DNA of 63,729 nt, filler included, from Choristocarpus tenellus KU-1152 (GCA_964200185.2; 11 parts of 11 records of this genome joined end to end with filler, not necessarily neighbours in it), one strand, 5' to 3'. Counted from the first letter of the whole stretch, positions 25,152 to 38,709 are shown. Notes: generated from the sequence alone by a model not told the origin. Numbers and translations: made by a program.

Positions 25152-27151
25152 TGACTCGAATTATGCAGTCCTCTACCATAGTGGATAGACTGTGTGATCA
25201 TCAAATGCTGTGGTGAATACTCTCCCAAGCACGTAACATGTGGATCATACATGTATGGTGTGTAGATAGTATGAGTCACTCACAAGATACACCAAGAGAC
25301 CGTGCAAGGCCCCAACAGCAACAAAATCTGAGTCAATCATACTTGAGGGCAAGTATTTTCTATCAAGTGACCAAGTTCATATCATTGTTTGTACCACTCA
25401 CTCTGCTGTACTCCACATCATGGAAGGGAGAATATATATTCAGATAGGGGTAGAATGAATGCTCTTTGTATATTGCACAAATGCTGTTGATAAGGCCCCT
25501 CAACTAAACACATAATGTGTTACATTCATATACCTAGTAGAGTATTGTTGTAGGTGTTCCAAGTAGGCCATATATATTTCTTTGTGAGTTGGATGAGCGA
25601 TCAAGGATTTGATGGTTGTCTGATTGTGAGGCACCTGTTCAGGTCTTGAGGTAGAACATCTTGGGGTACATGAGAAAGGATAAAATACAGGTGGTATATG
25701 TTGAGTACAATGAGAGAACAGCATGATCTCACATTGATTTCCATATACACAGGTCCAATACATGGTCTTGCATACCTTGTCACTTGAATGAGGTAGAAGA
25801 TCCACCAAGGAGACTTAGTGTAGGAGAAAAGCATGGACATAGATTTCACCAATCACAGACCCCCATTCCACTAAATAGAACAACAGGGTTTATGCTACAG
25901 AGTACCTTTCTTGATATATCACAAACTATTTATCGCTTGTCCCTCACAAAATACATCCTCGCTGAGACACAGCCTTGGTAGGAAAACTGATATATTAGGA
26001 TGGTTCTTAATTTCGCGGGAGTTCCACGTGCTAATAATGGATTAGGGTCAGGGTTCAAATCTTTGTCATTCATTGCAGGTTGTAGAGCGACAAGAGTGTT
26101 TAGTTGGGGTGGAAGTGATCTTGTAGTTAGATGGTTTTCACAAACAATGGAGCACCCACCCCCACCCTGGACGACACCTATGGGCTAATCATCCGCGTGA
26201 ATAATTTCTAATCATTTCTAGGCAATACCCTCCCAACCAGTTGATCTTTTTCCAGGCTCCATCTGTCATCCCCTGCTGAAAATTCAATGCTTGTGCAGGA
26301 TAGCAGTGGACAACTACAACAAACTACTATTAACAATACTGTTACCCTCATTACTAAGGCAAGATTGCACAGTATGTGTGATGAAATCTTGGCTACTGCT
26401 TTGCATGCAACAGCAGTAGTGACAGTAGAAAAGAACAAAAAAGGAAGGATCAGTGCTCCTAGTTGGAATTGTTGTTGTCCTTAGCTTGTATCCAGAGGAT
26501 GACTTCCTATCTATCAATTGCATTCTAGTACCACCCCCATTGAGGTCACAACCAATCACTGATATGTACTACTGTACTCGGTAGTGTTACTGCTATTGTT
26601 GACACACACAATACAAGTGCATGTGCAGAGTGTGGTTCCCTCTTCTTCTCAACAAGGGGGATTTGATCACTGGGGCAATCCACTATCAAGCTTACCTTGC
26701 CATAAAGACATAAGATCACTCCTCATATGTACACATAGACAAAAAAACAGGTTTTGCTCAATCATAGGCAGGCGTACATACAACAAGCTGGTCACTGATG
26801 GTTGAACTTCTGTCTCTCTCAACAACAGCATAAGCATATTAAGTGCAGAGCAAATGGACAACAAATTCAGTTCCACCTCCACCGGCCTGCTTCAAGCAGA
26901 ATATATATATATATATATATATATTTCTTGGATGGTACAAACTTCATGGTCACAGGGGTCAAGAACTTCATCAATGCATGGCATGACTGACAGAGATGCT
27001 TGGGAGCTGGTGTCTGTTGGCTGATGTGGTCTTACTTGAGGCGTTTTGTTCCTCTGTTGTGTTTGGTGTTTGAACTTGCTCTCTTTTCCTGAATAAATGG
27101 AACCTTGGCAGTGGAACATAGCAATGGTGCCAGTGCTTACTGCAAAAAGAG

Positions 27152-27230
27152 AAGATGACCACTAGCGGATTCAAACCCACACGTACCTCTGCAGGAAAGC
27201 TGACCTATGGCCACCAAGCTGTAAGGATGC
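27152..27230 (-). mobile_element. tRNA-like (SINE head) relic
   Basis: Minus strand cagcttggtgg (A-box-like) ... gggtttgaatcc (B-box-like). No valid cloverleaf. Confidence 0.4.
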
Positions 27231-27947
27231 TTTAGTTGTGTCCAATTCTGAGAGGCAAGCTCTTGGATAAAGGAAGTAGCACGAAAAATAAATTCAAAAT
27301 ATTACCCACTGAAAAAAGTTCTTTCAGGATTTCATGGTTTGATCTGAACGGACTCATGGTTGGATAGGTGATAGGTAGTACATCAGCAAAATAGAAAAAG
27401 AAGCAATACGTCCATGAAAATCAACAAGGCAAAAATCAAAGAAACGAGTAACTAGGGCCAAAACAAGAAAAACAAGAAAAAAGAGAAGCATGTATATCAA
27501 GGACAACAAAGGTCCATATCAAATTAATCTCCTATTACAGGTAGTTCCTGTCAACTATAGAAAACCTCACATCACAGCAGATACCACCCAACCCATGCTC
27601 CCCCAAGTAAAAACGCACAATAAAAAGGGATCAATCAAACAATAAATATACATTCATGAAATAAACGCTCCAGGCACGAAGCACTACAAAAAAAAAAAAA
27701 AAATGCGCACAGGGGGGGGTCAAGAAGAAAATGACAGTCCATTTTGTTAAACATTATTGAAAGAGTGGTTGGCCCAGAGGGCGATTTGTTTCATTTCATC
27801 TTGTCTGGTAGGGCGCTGGCCTGTGATGTTTTCATTACTTTACCATAGAATTACATATTGGCCACTTTGAAGGTCAAACATTTTGCACTGACCCCACAGC
27901 AACCAACTACGCGTGTACGATAAACTAGGTCATTTGTTTCTGCACAG

Positions 27948-29265
27948 GAATGCATAGCCTGCATCTGCTACCCAGGTACAGACAGAAACCCACCGAACAT
28001 TTCCCCCCTCGAGTTACTGGACATCCGTGGTGGCTGAACTAATGGGCGAATATCCCTCTCTTTTCCCCTCACCACAGCCCCTCCACCCTACCCACTCACA
28101 GCTCTGCGCCAAGTGTGAGAGACCTGCAGTACCCCATCCTGAATACGGAAGGTCGGGGAAATACCATTATGTTCTTTACAAGCGAGGTACAGGAGTACGT
28201 TACAGGATTATCGCTCAACAAGATTGTCGCACCACGTTCGTCTAAGCGCCGTCATTCTATAGATCATGGAATGGTCAGACCAAGGCGTAAGGAAACGGTT
28301 GCGAACAAGTGCATGTCGTTGCGAGAGATACCAAGGATAGAACCAAATATCACCTTCGTCGCACCTTCGTCGCACCTTCGTCTGAGCCAGAGTTACCAAC
28401 ACAGCAACACAAACCGAAAGCAGACCTCGGTTCCCCCGCCTCTGTTGATTAGAATGTGGATTCGCACCATGGATCCCCCACATCTCGTCACCAACGTTTT
28501 GGCGCGTCCAAAGCCCGTACCCTCATGAGACCACAAACACCTTCAATAACACCCTTATGTTTTCCAATTCCATTTCCATTTCGAGTGGCAGGAAGTAGCT
28601 GCAAAATCAGTTTTGGTCAGTACGATTGCCCACAAACAGGACTCTCTTGAAAGTTGAGAGGGTCTCATCGACAGAGGGGCAAACAGTGCTACACTTCTAA
28701 GGAACAACGGTCACCAAGGGTACCGATTACAAACTAAGCTAAGCGCCCCCCAAGTATACTGGTCTACCCCGTTTGTGGCACCAGGTGCAAGCCAGCCCAA
28801 AATGGTAATTCCTCATACCATTCTCCAAGTTCATTGTATTGTAGTTAGTAGATGGGACTATTCCGCGCAGCTCGCCGTCGTGCACATTTGGTTGTGATGA
28901 TCACACTTGGAAATGAACGTACCTCTGCATATCATACCCTCCCAAACTTTGAAATGAATGTGTCAGGAACAAAGTCAAACCAACATCACCACAACCCCTG
29001 TAAAAGGAAGGAACGGCAGTGGTATTAGTTGTCGCACATATAAGAAATACCTATCCAAAAACTATCTGCTATTGACTGCCTGATCTGTATGTAGGAGAAG
29101 AATACGGCAAGGATAATTAAGAGGTGAAAGTTGGGTTTGGTGTTATTTCTAGTCAAACCAACTGAACAGGATCAGTTCCACACATGGAGGACCAATAACT
29201 TCTCGAGGTACTGTTGGCGTTTGAGGAGCTTTCACCGCAGATGGTGGAAAACGGAAGCAAGATGA
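27948..29265 (+). CDS. 3' exons of a hypothetical protein (27948-27975, 28102-28186, 29170-29207, 29241-29265)
   Basis: CAG/GTAC-bounded exons join in phase: MHSLHLLPSSAPSVRDLQYPILNTEGRGNTIMFFTSEDQFHTWRTNNFSRWWKTEAR*. The last intron would be only 33 nt, so the final exon is doubtful. Confidence 0.35.
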
Positions 29266-29449
29266 ACAGGAGAAGAACTTACCATCTCTTGGATAAAAGT
29301 GTCCACAAGAAGACGAGGCTGTTGGGAAGTTTGTGATTACGTTTTGTTGGATAAAGGATATACGGAGCACGAGGCAAACAAACCAACATAATAGAGGTAC
29401 GTAGTTGGTATGAGTGAGAGTGTTGCTGGCAGCATCACGCCTAACTCCA

Positions 29450-29995
29450 CCCAACTCCAGGGGGGAGTGGTATTCCAAGGAGGGAGTTGTGTGATGGTAC
29501 CTGATGATATATGTAGGTACGTCATGCTAAAGCAGTAGCACCGAAGCCAACCCAACCAACCACCACCACCATCTACCTGCTGAATACCGCACTCTCATTC
29601 ATTCCATTATCTCTCGTTTGTGGTTGATTCTTCTTTCTTCCCCCCTTCTTTCTCTCCCCTCTTCTTGTTCTTTCCTTTGTGTGACATGTTATGAGTGAGT
29701 GTTGCTCTTACGACTTTGATGGGCCTGAGATGATGATTCAAGTCTTTGTGATCGTTGAAGTCAGTGCATTCTTTGGGTTCTCTTTCTTTTTTTTTGTTGC
29801 CCTCCTCGTTCAAAACTGAGTCCTTTATCCCTTTCCTTCTTATTCTCTTTCTCCCCCTTTACAATATTCTTGTACGACTACCTTTTCCATCTTGTCTTCT
29901 AACAACTATCATATACCCGGCATCTCTCAAGCAGTTTGTACTGCCTTCTTCGGCCAACCTGTTCAGTCACGGGTCTATTGCCATTGTCATCATAC
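29450..29995 (+). mobile_element. 5'-truncated RTE LINE (same family as 8880-9415)
   Basis: GEWY..RHAK, then ccaccaccaccatctacctgctgaataccg, a pyrimidine-rich UTR and the ctcaagcagtttgtactgccttctt..cacgggtcta 3' block. Confidence 0.65.
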
Positions 29996-30000
29996 TAGCT

Positions 30001-30310
30001 TGATGAGGGATTCAGGACGTGTGGTCCAAACGGTAGTCTCAAGAAGGCAAATACACAATCAAGACTGCTTGAGAAAGGCAGTAAGGACCACAAAAAGAAG
30101 AAAAAGAAGCAGCTGTGAAAAATCACAAACAAGATGATAGAAATCATAGAAATGAAAAGGAGTGGAAGAGGAGGAATATAGAGCCTGCAGGAGGACACTA
30201 CTAGGACCCAAAAATATCGATATAATAACAAGATAAGAAAAAGGAAGTGATGAACAATGGATCATGCATAGAAGGAAACCAACTCAAAAAGAGAAGATCA
30301 GAAAGCAGCG
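30001..30310 (-). mobile_element. Inverted copy of the same RTE 3' UTR
   Basis: gagggattcaggac..ggtagtctcaagaaggcaaatacac..actgcttgagaaagg followed by a purine-rich run. Confidence 0.65.
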
Positions 30311-30676
30311 TCTTAATGCGCTTTGGCTGTATGTTGGAAAAAACAACTCCAACCTTTCCAAGTCCTCCAGCTGATCTCAGCAATAATAGTAGCGGTAACA
30401 TCACTGATGGCTCCCCCAAGACAAACAGGTATTTGCAAACAAACTTATAGTTNNNNNNNNNNNNNNNNNNNNNNNNNNNNNNNNNNNNNNNNNNNNTTAA
30501 TTAATTAANNNNNNNNNNNNNNNNNNNNNNNNNNNNNNNNNNNNNNNNNNNNCCCCCCCAGATACTTGGAGTCTGTTGTGTGAATCAGTGCTGTGTGATT
30601 ATGATCAATTCAGCATATTGTTTATGCTGAACGGAATGGTACTAGGGCTTCAACTATCCCACACAAGCTTGCAGCA

Positions 30677-30830
30677 GAGTTTTTTGCCCTGGGGTTGTTT
30701 GTCCATTTGGGGCTTGGCTTCCCTCGGGTTGTTTATGACATTTTCAAAATGTTTTTGAGTAGGCAAAATGTTTACGTTATGAAATGGAGTGTCGGGAACA
30801 AGGATATTGACATCTCCTAATAAACATGAG
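30677..30830. mobile_element. MITE family B, truncated
   Basis: gtttgtccatttggggcttggcttccc ... acaaggatattgacatctcctaataaac matches the 6547-6803 body. Confidence 0.75.
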
Positions 30831-31381
30831 GGCTGATATGGTTGATCAGTCCCTCAGGTGCTGACGTTACATACCAGACTCTCTCTGGTACAAATATAGG
30901 AATGCTAGTGTGTTTGGCCAGGTTCGAAAGGAAGAGGGAAATACTCTGTTAAGAGCTTAGAGCCTTTGGATAAAGACGGAGGAAAGTAAAGGAGTGACTG
31001 ACTCTGTAGAAACTATTATTTTATTTGTTTCTAGGGGTCATCAAAATTAGGGTTAGGGTTAGGAGAAAGAAAACGAGATAGAAGATATGAGGTCGACCTG
31101 CTGTGTGTTTAGTTTGAAATGGAATATGCCCAAATGCCATCTGCATGTTGGATGTGACTAATGGACATGTGAATGAACCTATAGATAGTCATCAAATATT
31201 GTCTGAAATAGCTGCCCGACCAGGGCAAAATCAGGAAACGAGGCTCTTTCATGATGTGGAATATAGAGGGACCTTGTTCAAGCATATAGACGTTTTTATA
31301 TTTATACCTTTGTTTTTTATTTAACCCTAACCCTATTGCGGCCTCTTGTGTTTGCACTGCTTTTACGAGCTACACATATCT

Positions 31382-31663
31382 CACCTAAAGCTTTTAATAG
31401 GGCAGGGCTCCATCCGTTCGGGGTCATAAATCCAATATTGTGATTTTGATTCATTTTGGTTATCGTTTTTGTTAGCAATTGTCAATATCCTTGCTCCAGA
31501 CACACCTTTCATAGTCGTATACATTTTACCTATTCCAAAACATTTCAGAGTAGGCGACTGTGTTAACACGGAAAATCGAAAAGGGGCATAAGAAACCCGT
31601 GTGAAGCCAAGCCCCGAATAAACAAACAGGGCAAGATTCCTACCCTCTTAGATGCTTTGGGTC
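31382..31663. mobile_element. MITE family B, diverged
   Basis: Body matches 3288-3552 and ends taccctcttagatgctttgggtc. Confidence 0.8.
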
Positions 31664-31920
31664 TCTAGGTTTGTGTTTGAGTTGGGGGCGAAAAAGATAT
31701 TTTTTGCCTCATGAGGGCCGCCCTGATTTCTCGACAGGCCATCCTTTGAGTTCGGTTCGCGGTGCTGATATCAAATTTGGAAAGACTACAGCCAAAATCG
31801 GGATAGGTTTTATGCAAAAGAGAGCTACTCAAGTAGAGTATTTTGCTTTGTATGGTATGGATATGTTTATTAGCGGAGTGAGCACAGCCCTCGGTGGTGG
31901 GGGGTGCTCTTAATAGGATA

Positions 31921-32001
31921 TCAACCATCTGAGATTCGAACTCATTACTTTACACACACGAACAGACGTCAACGACACTTGTTCCAATTAGCCAACATTC
32001 C
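31921..32001 (-). mobile_element. tRNA-like (SINE head) relic
   Basis: Minus strand TGGCTAATTGG (A box) ... GAGTTCGAATCTC (B box). Confidence 0.5.
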
Positions 32002-32486
32002 TGTTATCTGGTAGTGTTCACTAAACACGTATAAACCATATAGACTATCAGTCTATATTGCACGGGTTTGTCACCCGAACAATTCAAGAAGCGCATGTTC
32101 TGACATCCTGTTACGGACAAAGAAGCACTCAGGTAACAGATTTAGTAATACCTAGGCACAGCCAGCCCTATCAGCAGCTCACTCTGTATTGCATCAACAT
32201 CTTCTTGTCGCATTGATCCAACAGGTCACCAAGCCAACAGCAAGTTCCCATTTGATCTTGTCCAGGACTGGGAGGACATCCCAATCCGAATGACTCTTGA
32301 CGGAATTAAGCAGGACTTCACCCTCACTAATGTTGAGGTGATTCTGTGCCCTCCTTACACATTAATGTCTCCTTGAACGTGCCACAACTCTATCCTACGA
32401 CTGCTTGTGACCATGTGCACATGGTAATGTCTAATTTGTTATCTGGTCTGATTAAATGACTAACAATGTTTTGTGTCCATGCATCA

Positions 32487-33517
32487 GTAAGGGCACAAGA
32501 AGACAGATGGTGTTTCTTGGTTCCTAGGAACAGGGGACGGCGGTCCAGTGCAGTTCAGTTAAAGGGCATTGAGTATGCTGAGTTGGTGTGCCTTTCAACA
32601 ATGGATGTTGTCAGTAGCCCTGGACTTGGTGAAGTCAGTCTAGTGGAACTTACAGAGCTTGACTTTAGAGTATGTGCGTAATTTCCACTTCCTGGATGGG
32701 TTAGCTGCAATTCATTTTTTTTTTGCCAACCGCTTGCTTGCTTTACAAGCAATATTTCAATTTGTGATAAAAGTGTTCGATACTATGTAACTGTTGGAAT
32801 TGGGTGTTTTCAAGCACGTGGGAGGGAGTTTATGTGTAAGGATAATTTGATACCCCAGTGTATTGATTGGACGATCATTCATTCTGGAATGTTGTCAGGT
32901 TTAACGCTTCTCACAATACTGGTTGTGTACCTTGTTTTCTGAACACACCAAAATATGCTGCAATAACGGTGTAGAGACTGCAAGGAGTTGATTGGTCTTA
33001 CTATATTATTGATTATGCACCTGATACAACCAGCATATTTGATACCATAGTTAATCAAATCATGAACGCTGTCTAACTATGTTAATCATAACCTAAAGTG
33101 ACGCTGTTTGTTTGTCGTGCTTGTGTGCATCTTGTACCTGAATGCCTATCTCTACAGGTGTTGAACCTCATGGACCCATCCAATTCATCTCTCAGCTACA
33201 TCTACGATACTTTTGATTGGAAGCACTGCATCACAGGTGTTGAACCTCATGGACCCATCCAATTCATCTCTCAGCTACATCTACGATACTTTTGATTGGA
33301 AGCACTGCATCAATGCCGGGTTTGACTTTGAGGACGTTTGGGCCTCCAATGACCCACTTGAGAAGACTAAGCCCAAAAAACGAGATATTGAAGCAGTGTT
33401 CTCAGAGTTCGTAGACAGGACACCACTCCCTCCCTCTTCACATATGCAAGAGTTAAAAAAAAAAGTATCAGTCATGAGCTTAAAGAAGTGTACAGCCAAA
33501 CTTGTGACTTTAGCAAG
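32487..33517 (+). CDS. Exons of a hypothetical protein or pseudogene (one ending 32669, one from 33237 to about 33517)
   Basis: ELTELDFR|gtatgt joins phase 0 to VLNLMDPSNSSLSYIYDTFDWKHCINAGFDFEDVW. The upstream candidate exon 32225-32337 does not join cleanly. Confidence 0.4.
33154..33311 (+). repeat. Perfect 79-bp tandem duplication spanning a splice acceptor
   Basis: 33154-33232 equals 33233-33311, and each copy starts acag|gtgttg. Confidence 0.95.
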
Positions 33518-36500
33518 GTCTCAAAAACGGTCTGGAAATAGAGGGATATATTTTAATTTTTCTGGTGTTTTTTACATATTTGATGGGAAATTTTTCAAGA
33601 GCAAAACGTCTTGCTTTCACCTAATTGGCATAGAGTTGACCATGAACATAACAATTTCTTCGTTTGATTCCCTTGGACCCTGTCTCCGCAATTCAACTGG
33701 TTAAGATATACAGACTGTTGTAGATAGAAACGTAAATCGTAGGCGTTAGGATAAAAAGAGCCCCTCTTTGTGATCGGTTATTTGTCATGGTCCCAAAGCT
33801 AACAGAAGTGACCCACCCACTTTTTAAAACTTTAACCACAATAGCATAGGTTTGACTATGATCATGATAAGGCATTATGCTCTCATTTTCCTGTCAGGAC
33901 CAATATCAAGATTCCAATCACGATAAACTCTATTCAAGGGACTCTTTTGGGGGGGGATTTTAAAGATAGTACCCTCCCCTCCCTCTTCCCCAAACCTTTG
34001 CAAATATTCTAACTATAGCTTGGAATTGAGCATTTTCACGCTTGAGGTTATTTCAAGGAAGTAATATGTTTTGGAAGTTGTGAGTCTTCTGCCTGATACC
34101 CTGATGTCATGGCTGTAATACAGCTCGCCTTCCATAGGAGATTGTTGTTCCAGTTGAGAAATCTCTGTGAAGATTATAGTCTGAATGCCCATGCAAAATT
34201 TGGTTTGTAGAATGCTTTTTCATCAGGTTTATTTGGATATGGCAAATGTTAACCTATAATGGTGCTGGAAAAGTTGAGTTTTGTATATTGCCATTGAGTT
34301 GAAATATTATGTAGTTTAGAATTGAATACACCCTTGAGCAGATTGTGGCTTTCCTTTCCCCTGTTTATTAGGTCGAATGACTAGTACAATACTTTCGTTG
34401 TGTGTGCCGATACATGCCTGTAACATAGTTTCGTGTATTTTATCTTTAGCTCGATACAACATAAAGTAGTGATGTATGTAATAGTAAGATGAATCAGTCT
34501 TTGGTCATACATCAGTGATAATGGATGACTAAGACAGAAGGTTGGCGAATAATTAATAGTTATGTTCACATAGAAGAGGAATAGTTAATATTTTTTCTGT
34601 ATTCTTTTAATATAACTGTGTGTACCTCTTTGTTATTATGACCCATAACTACTAATAATGCTACAGAAAGGATGAAAGCATAGGCCACCTTTGGCAATGA
34701 TTCACCTGACATGCCAGGTAGTGTTCACTAAGTACAGTGTATTTTGTTGGTTGTACATTCAACCTGAGAGGAAAGCATGTCCAAATTTCCATACAGGGTT
34801 GGACAAGCCCTGTGCGCAATGATGGGGTTGTCTCACAAGGCTTTACTGCACCTCGCCCCTGAACAGGGTGTTGAGAAGTAAGGGAGAGGGGAAAAGATTA
34901 CCTTGTATAGGATTGTCAGTTCGAGGACTTGAAGCTGGTAAGACTGCCCTTGGGCTTTTTTTCCCAGGGGAATGAAAAGGAGCTTACTCCGGGTGGGAAA
35001 CAGACTGTATGGCACATGCATGAATGGCGGCATAGTGAGTATCACTACTAAAACAGAATCTTTTCAGTTCAGAGTACCGCGTCGTCAAAACCCAGAGTGA
35101 TATTTCCTCATAATTGAATTGTTTTGACCATTCTATTCTGTGGGATACAACAGAAAGGGAATTTTCTGGTGCATAGTATGGTATGTCACTGGTGAGGAGC
35201 TTGTTGAGAAGAGGACTAGTCTAGTGCCGTGCCTTTTGTGTGTGTGTCTGTCGTTTTAGCAGTTAAATGTGTGTACCCACCTCACTCTATGGTCATGATA
35301 AGTCCTGGGGATTTTTGTTTTAAACCTGTACATTGTATGTGATTTTGTCTTGTGTGTTTCACTACTATTACTGCTTAGTACTACTTACACTACTTACTAC
35401 GAAGTATTGCAACTGCCACCAGTATCACCACTAGATGCACTGAAAGCTGTGTGCACATATGATTGTTGCATTCTGCTTTCTCTTTTTTCTCATCTACCGT
35501 CTCTATTCTGGTGTTGTTGTTGTGGTGGTCGACGACGTTACTGCAAAATATCCATATTCAATCATCTCCACCTCATTGCTTTTGTGTAGCACTAGTAGTA
35601 CTGGTGACCTTTTGAATAATGACTGAATACGTACGGCGTATTGAGTAATAATAAGTAATATAATGAATTATTTACGACACAACTAGTAGTAGCGGTAGTA
35701 GTACTGAGTGGCTTTGATGTTGAAGGGATTCAAGATGCCAAACCACTTCCTGCAGGCTGCGCTGATTAAACATGACAACAAGAGCAGGCACCACACAGCA
35801 ACAATAACAACAACAAACTCTTCCTCACCTAAGTCGGCATACTACACCCATATATATGCCACCAAAATCTCAAACGCATTTATGCAGCTACACCATTGAT
35901 CTAAGGTAATTTACAAAAAGGCGAAGAAAATACGATTGAACACAAGACCACTATGAAACAAGGGAGAAGAGGAGAGGGGAACCATTATTTTTTTAATAAT
36001 AGGGTGGGAATTGTCTTCTTCCCCAAGTTCTCATATAGATTGGGAGGCATCAAAGTTTGAGATAGTGTGATGTCATGACCATGGAGGATCACCACTGCGA
36101 AGTCAGTCAAGCTGCATTTGATGGGGTTCAAAAACCTTGTGCAACTGTCAAAGCAGGTGTTTATTGGGATGCCTGGGACGAATGCCCCCTGTTGTTGGCA
36201 GCTTACTCATCGCGTTGTCGCCCATCAGGTCAAGTTTTTTGTGTTGAAACCTGAGTTAGTATGATGTGTCGTGCTTGGTTGTGCTATGGCAAGCTTGTGG
36301 CGAAGGGTGTCATAGTGCAATAAAGCACTAGTGGGTTTGTTCTGGTAGATCTGACGATATGTTTTGCTCAATCAGATTATGGCTGATGTGAAAGTGTGGT
36401 CATTCATTGAGATGCTCAAATGAAGAAATGTGTGCTCTGTCGAGAGGCTTGTCACCTTGACTGAGAAGGGTTTCTGAGGATGTTAACTCCGATTATATTG

Positions 36501-36914
36501 CATCCGGGTGAGTATCAGGTACACGTAGTGAGAGTGAGCATGATGTATTATGAGGGGGCAATGCCATCCAAGAAAATAATAAATGCATAGTGTGTAACTT
36601 AAGACTTCTGATGTGAAGAAGAAAAAGAAAAAATGGAGCAAAGGGATCAAATGAGTAGCCTATGTTTTAACGCATTTTCCTAGAAGCCTGTCCAGGGTCC
36701 AGACTCAAATACCCCGACGAAGAACAGCATGGTGGCACAATACCTCAGGGGATGGCGGTGGCCAGATCGGAGGACTTTTTAATTTCCTCCTGAGTCACCG
36801 TGCTCGGTCATCTGAAGGAGTATGACAGCCAGATCGCACGGGGTGAATGCATGGACCTTGTATGACATCGCAAGGGGTGATGTGGCCGCCATACAATTAT
36901 CCTTGACGTTTGAA

Positions 36915-37154
36915 ATGTCCCATCAGTACACTGTATATCCTTCCCCAAATGTGTAGCCAAACCTAGGAACTCTCTTGCCTCGCTGTGGGATTTGTGTAAG
37001 CACCAGAAGGTGAAGAAGGTCAAGCGGTGGATTGAGCCAGTCCTCTCAGACCAGCAGAAAGTCGGGGTGGGTTCGTCATCAGTCACATGCGCAGGAGGGG
37101 GGGGGGGGGGGGGGGGGTATTAGTGGACAATCTACATGACGGGGTGCGCGGAGA
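36915..37154 (+). pseudogene. N-terminal to middle fragment of a Tc1/mariner (DD39D-like) transposase
   Basis: SLASLWDLCKHQKVKKVKRWIEPVLSDQQKV / GFVISHM..VLVDNLHDGVRG matches KP.L...K..R..F ... D.VH.DEKWF. The contig ends at the first catalytic Asp position. Confidence 0.7.
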
Positions 37155-37414
37155 NNNNNNNNNNNNNNNNNNNNNNNNNNNNNNNNNNNNNNNNNNNNTT
37201 AATTAATTAANNNNNNNNNNNNNNNNNNNNNNNNNNNNNNNNNNNNNNNNNNNNCAAGATACTTTGACCCCTGACACATTTGACAGAGATAGGTCTATTG
37301 CTACATTCAGTAGTAGAAGCAGAGGTCAAATACACTCAGTACATTAGTGAGTTTTTTTCTTCACATTCTTGACTACCCTCTACTTCTGTATTGCTGTACA
37401 CCTGAATAAACAAG

Positions 37415-38668
37415 GTGTGTGATAGCCTTGCGGCTGCAGGCTTAAACATCGCCATGCCTGACCTCTTCCGTGGGGAGCCATGGTCGCTGGTTAACTTCCC
37501 TCCACCAGACAAGCAAGTCCCTAGCAGCGTATGAAATAGGCTGGGTGATTGGTGGCCGGCACGGTATCGTGGTGTAAGGCTGAAGTCGTAGAAATCAATA
37601 ATGTAGTTGAAAAATGGCTTACGCCTCATACAGCTTGATGGCCCCATTTGCGTTACACTAGTTTTAGAAATATTTGTCTTCAAAATATAACCAGAAATTA
37701 AGAAGCAGGCAATACAAGGAGTATATTGCTATGGACTCCACCTCCTTAATCTTTGAAGGGAATCGGTTGTTTTTTACAACGGGTTGTACAACCTTAGTGT
37801 TGCTCTTCACAGTGGCAGGGGTCAACCGGTCTGCAGCATTATATATGTAACTGGAACTTTTTCAAAAACATCATGGCTACAGAATACAGTACATTTTTAC
37901 GTATGATTTGTATTTGTATCTGCAAGAATCTGCTGCAGTATTGACACAATTGTGTTGGCCATTTGCCCATGGTTGCATTCCTCGCATCCTGTTAATCTTG
38001 CAGTGTTCCCCACCTTGCATAGGGAGGTGTTCTCTGCATGGATCAATTCTGCGGGAAACTGGGAAACAAAGATCCGCGAAAGCCTGGCAACAGTTATGGA
38101 TCACATGCGGAACTCTATGGGTGCTGCAGTCTTCGGGGTGGTGGGCTTCTGCTGGGGCGGCTCTGTGGCAATGAGGGCAGCGGGGCTTGGTGCTGAGGCA
38201 GGGATCAAAGCTACAGTCAGCGTCCACCCTGCCTTCCTCCATGAGGAGCTGGCTGCGGAGGTGTGTTGGGGCTAGGGTTGGGTAGTAAGATTAGGATTCC
38301 AATAGCAAAAGTACAGAAAAGGGGCACAGATGCAACAGATAGTGTTGTAGAATTAGAAGGAGTGCACTTGGAAAAACTGAGGTGTACTGTGCATGCTAGT
38401 GTTATCACAGGAAGGTTTGGCAGTGAATAATCTCCATCGTGTGGATAGTGAATAATCTGCTCGATGTAGGAAGTATTCGTTTTAGGAATGATAGCAGATG
38501 GGCTTGTTGTGTGCCCTCAGAGCACCCTTCCCTGTTATATGGGCAGTCATTTCGAAATGTGTGAAATTGCACAGAATCGTTGACTTCCGCAAAATAGCAA
38601 ACTGTCACCAAGAAAATAAAAATGACATTTTTTGGGCTCGTTGAATACACTTCGAAGTATGCAACCAT

Positions 38669-38709
<41 letters not shown>

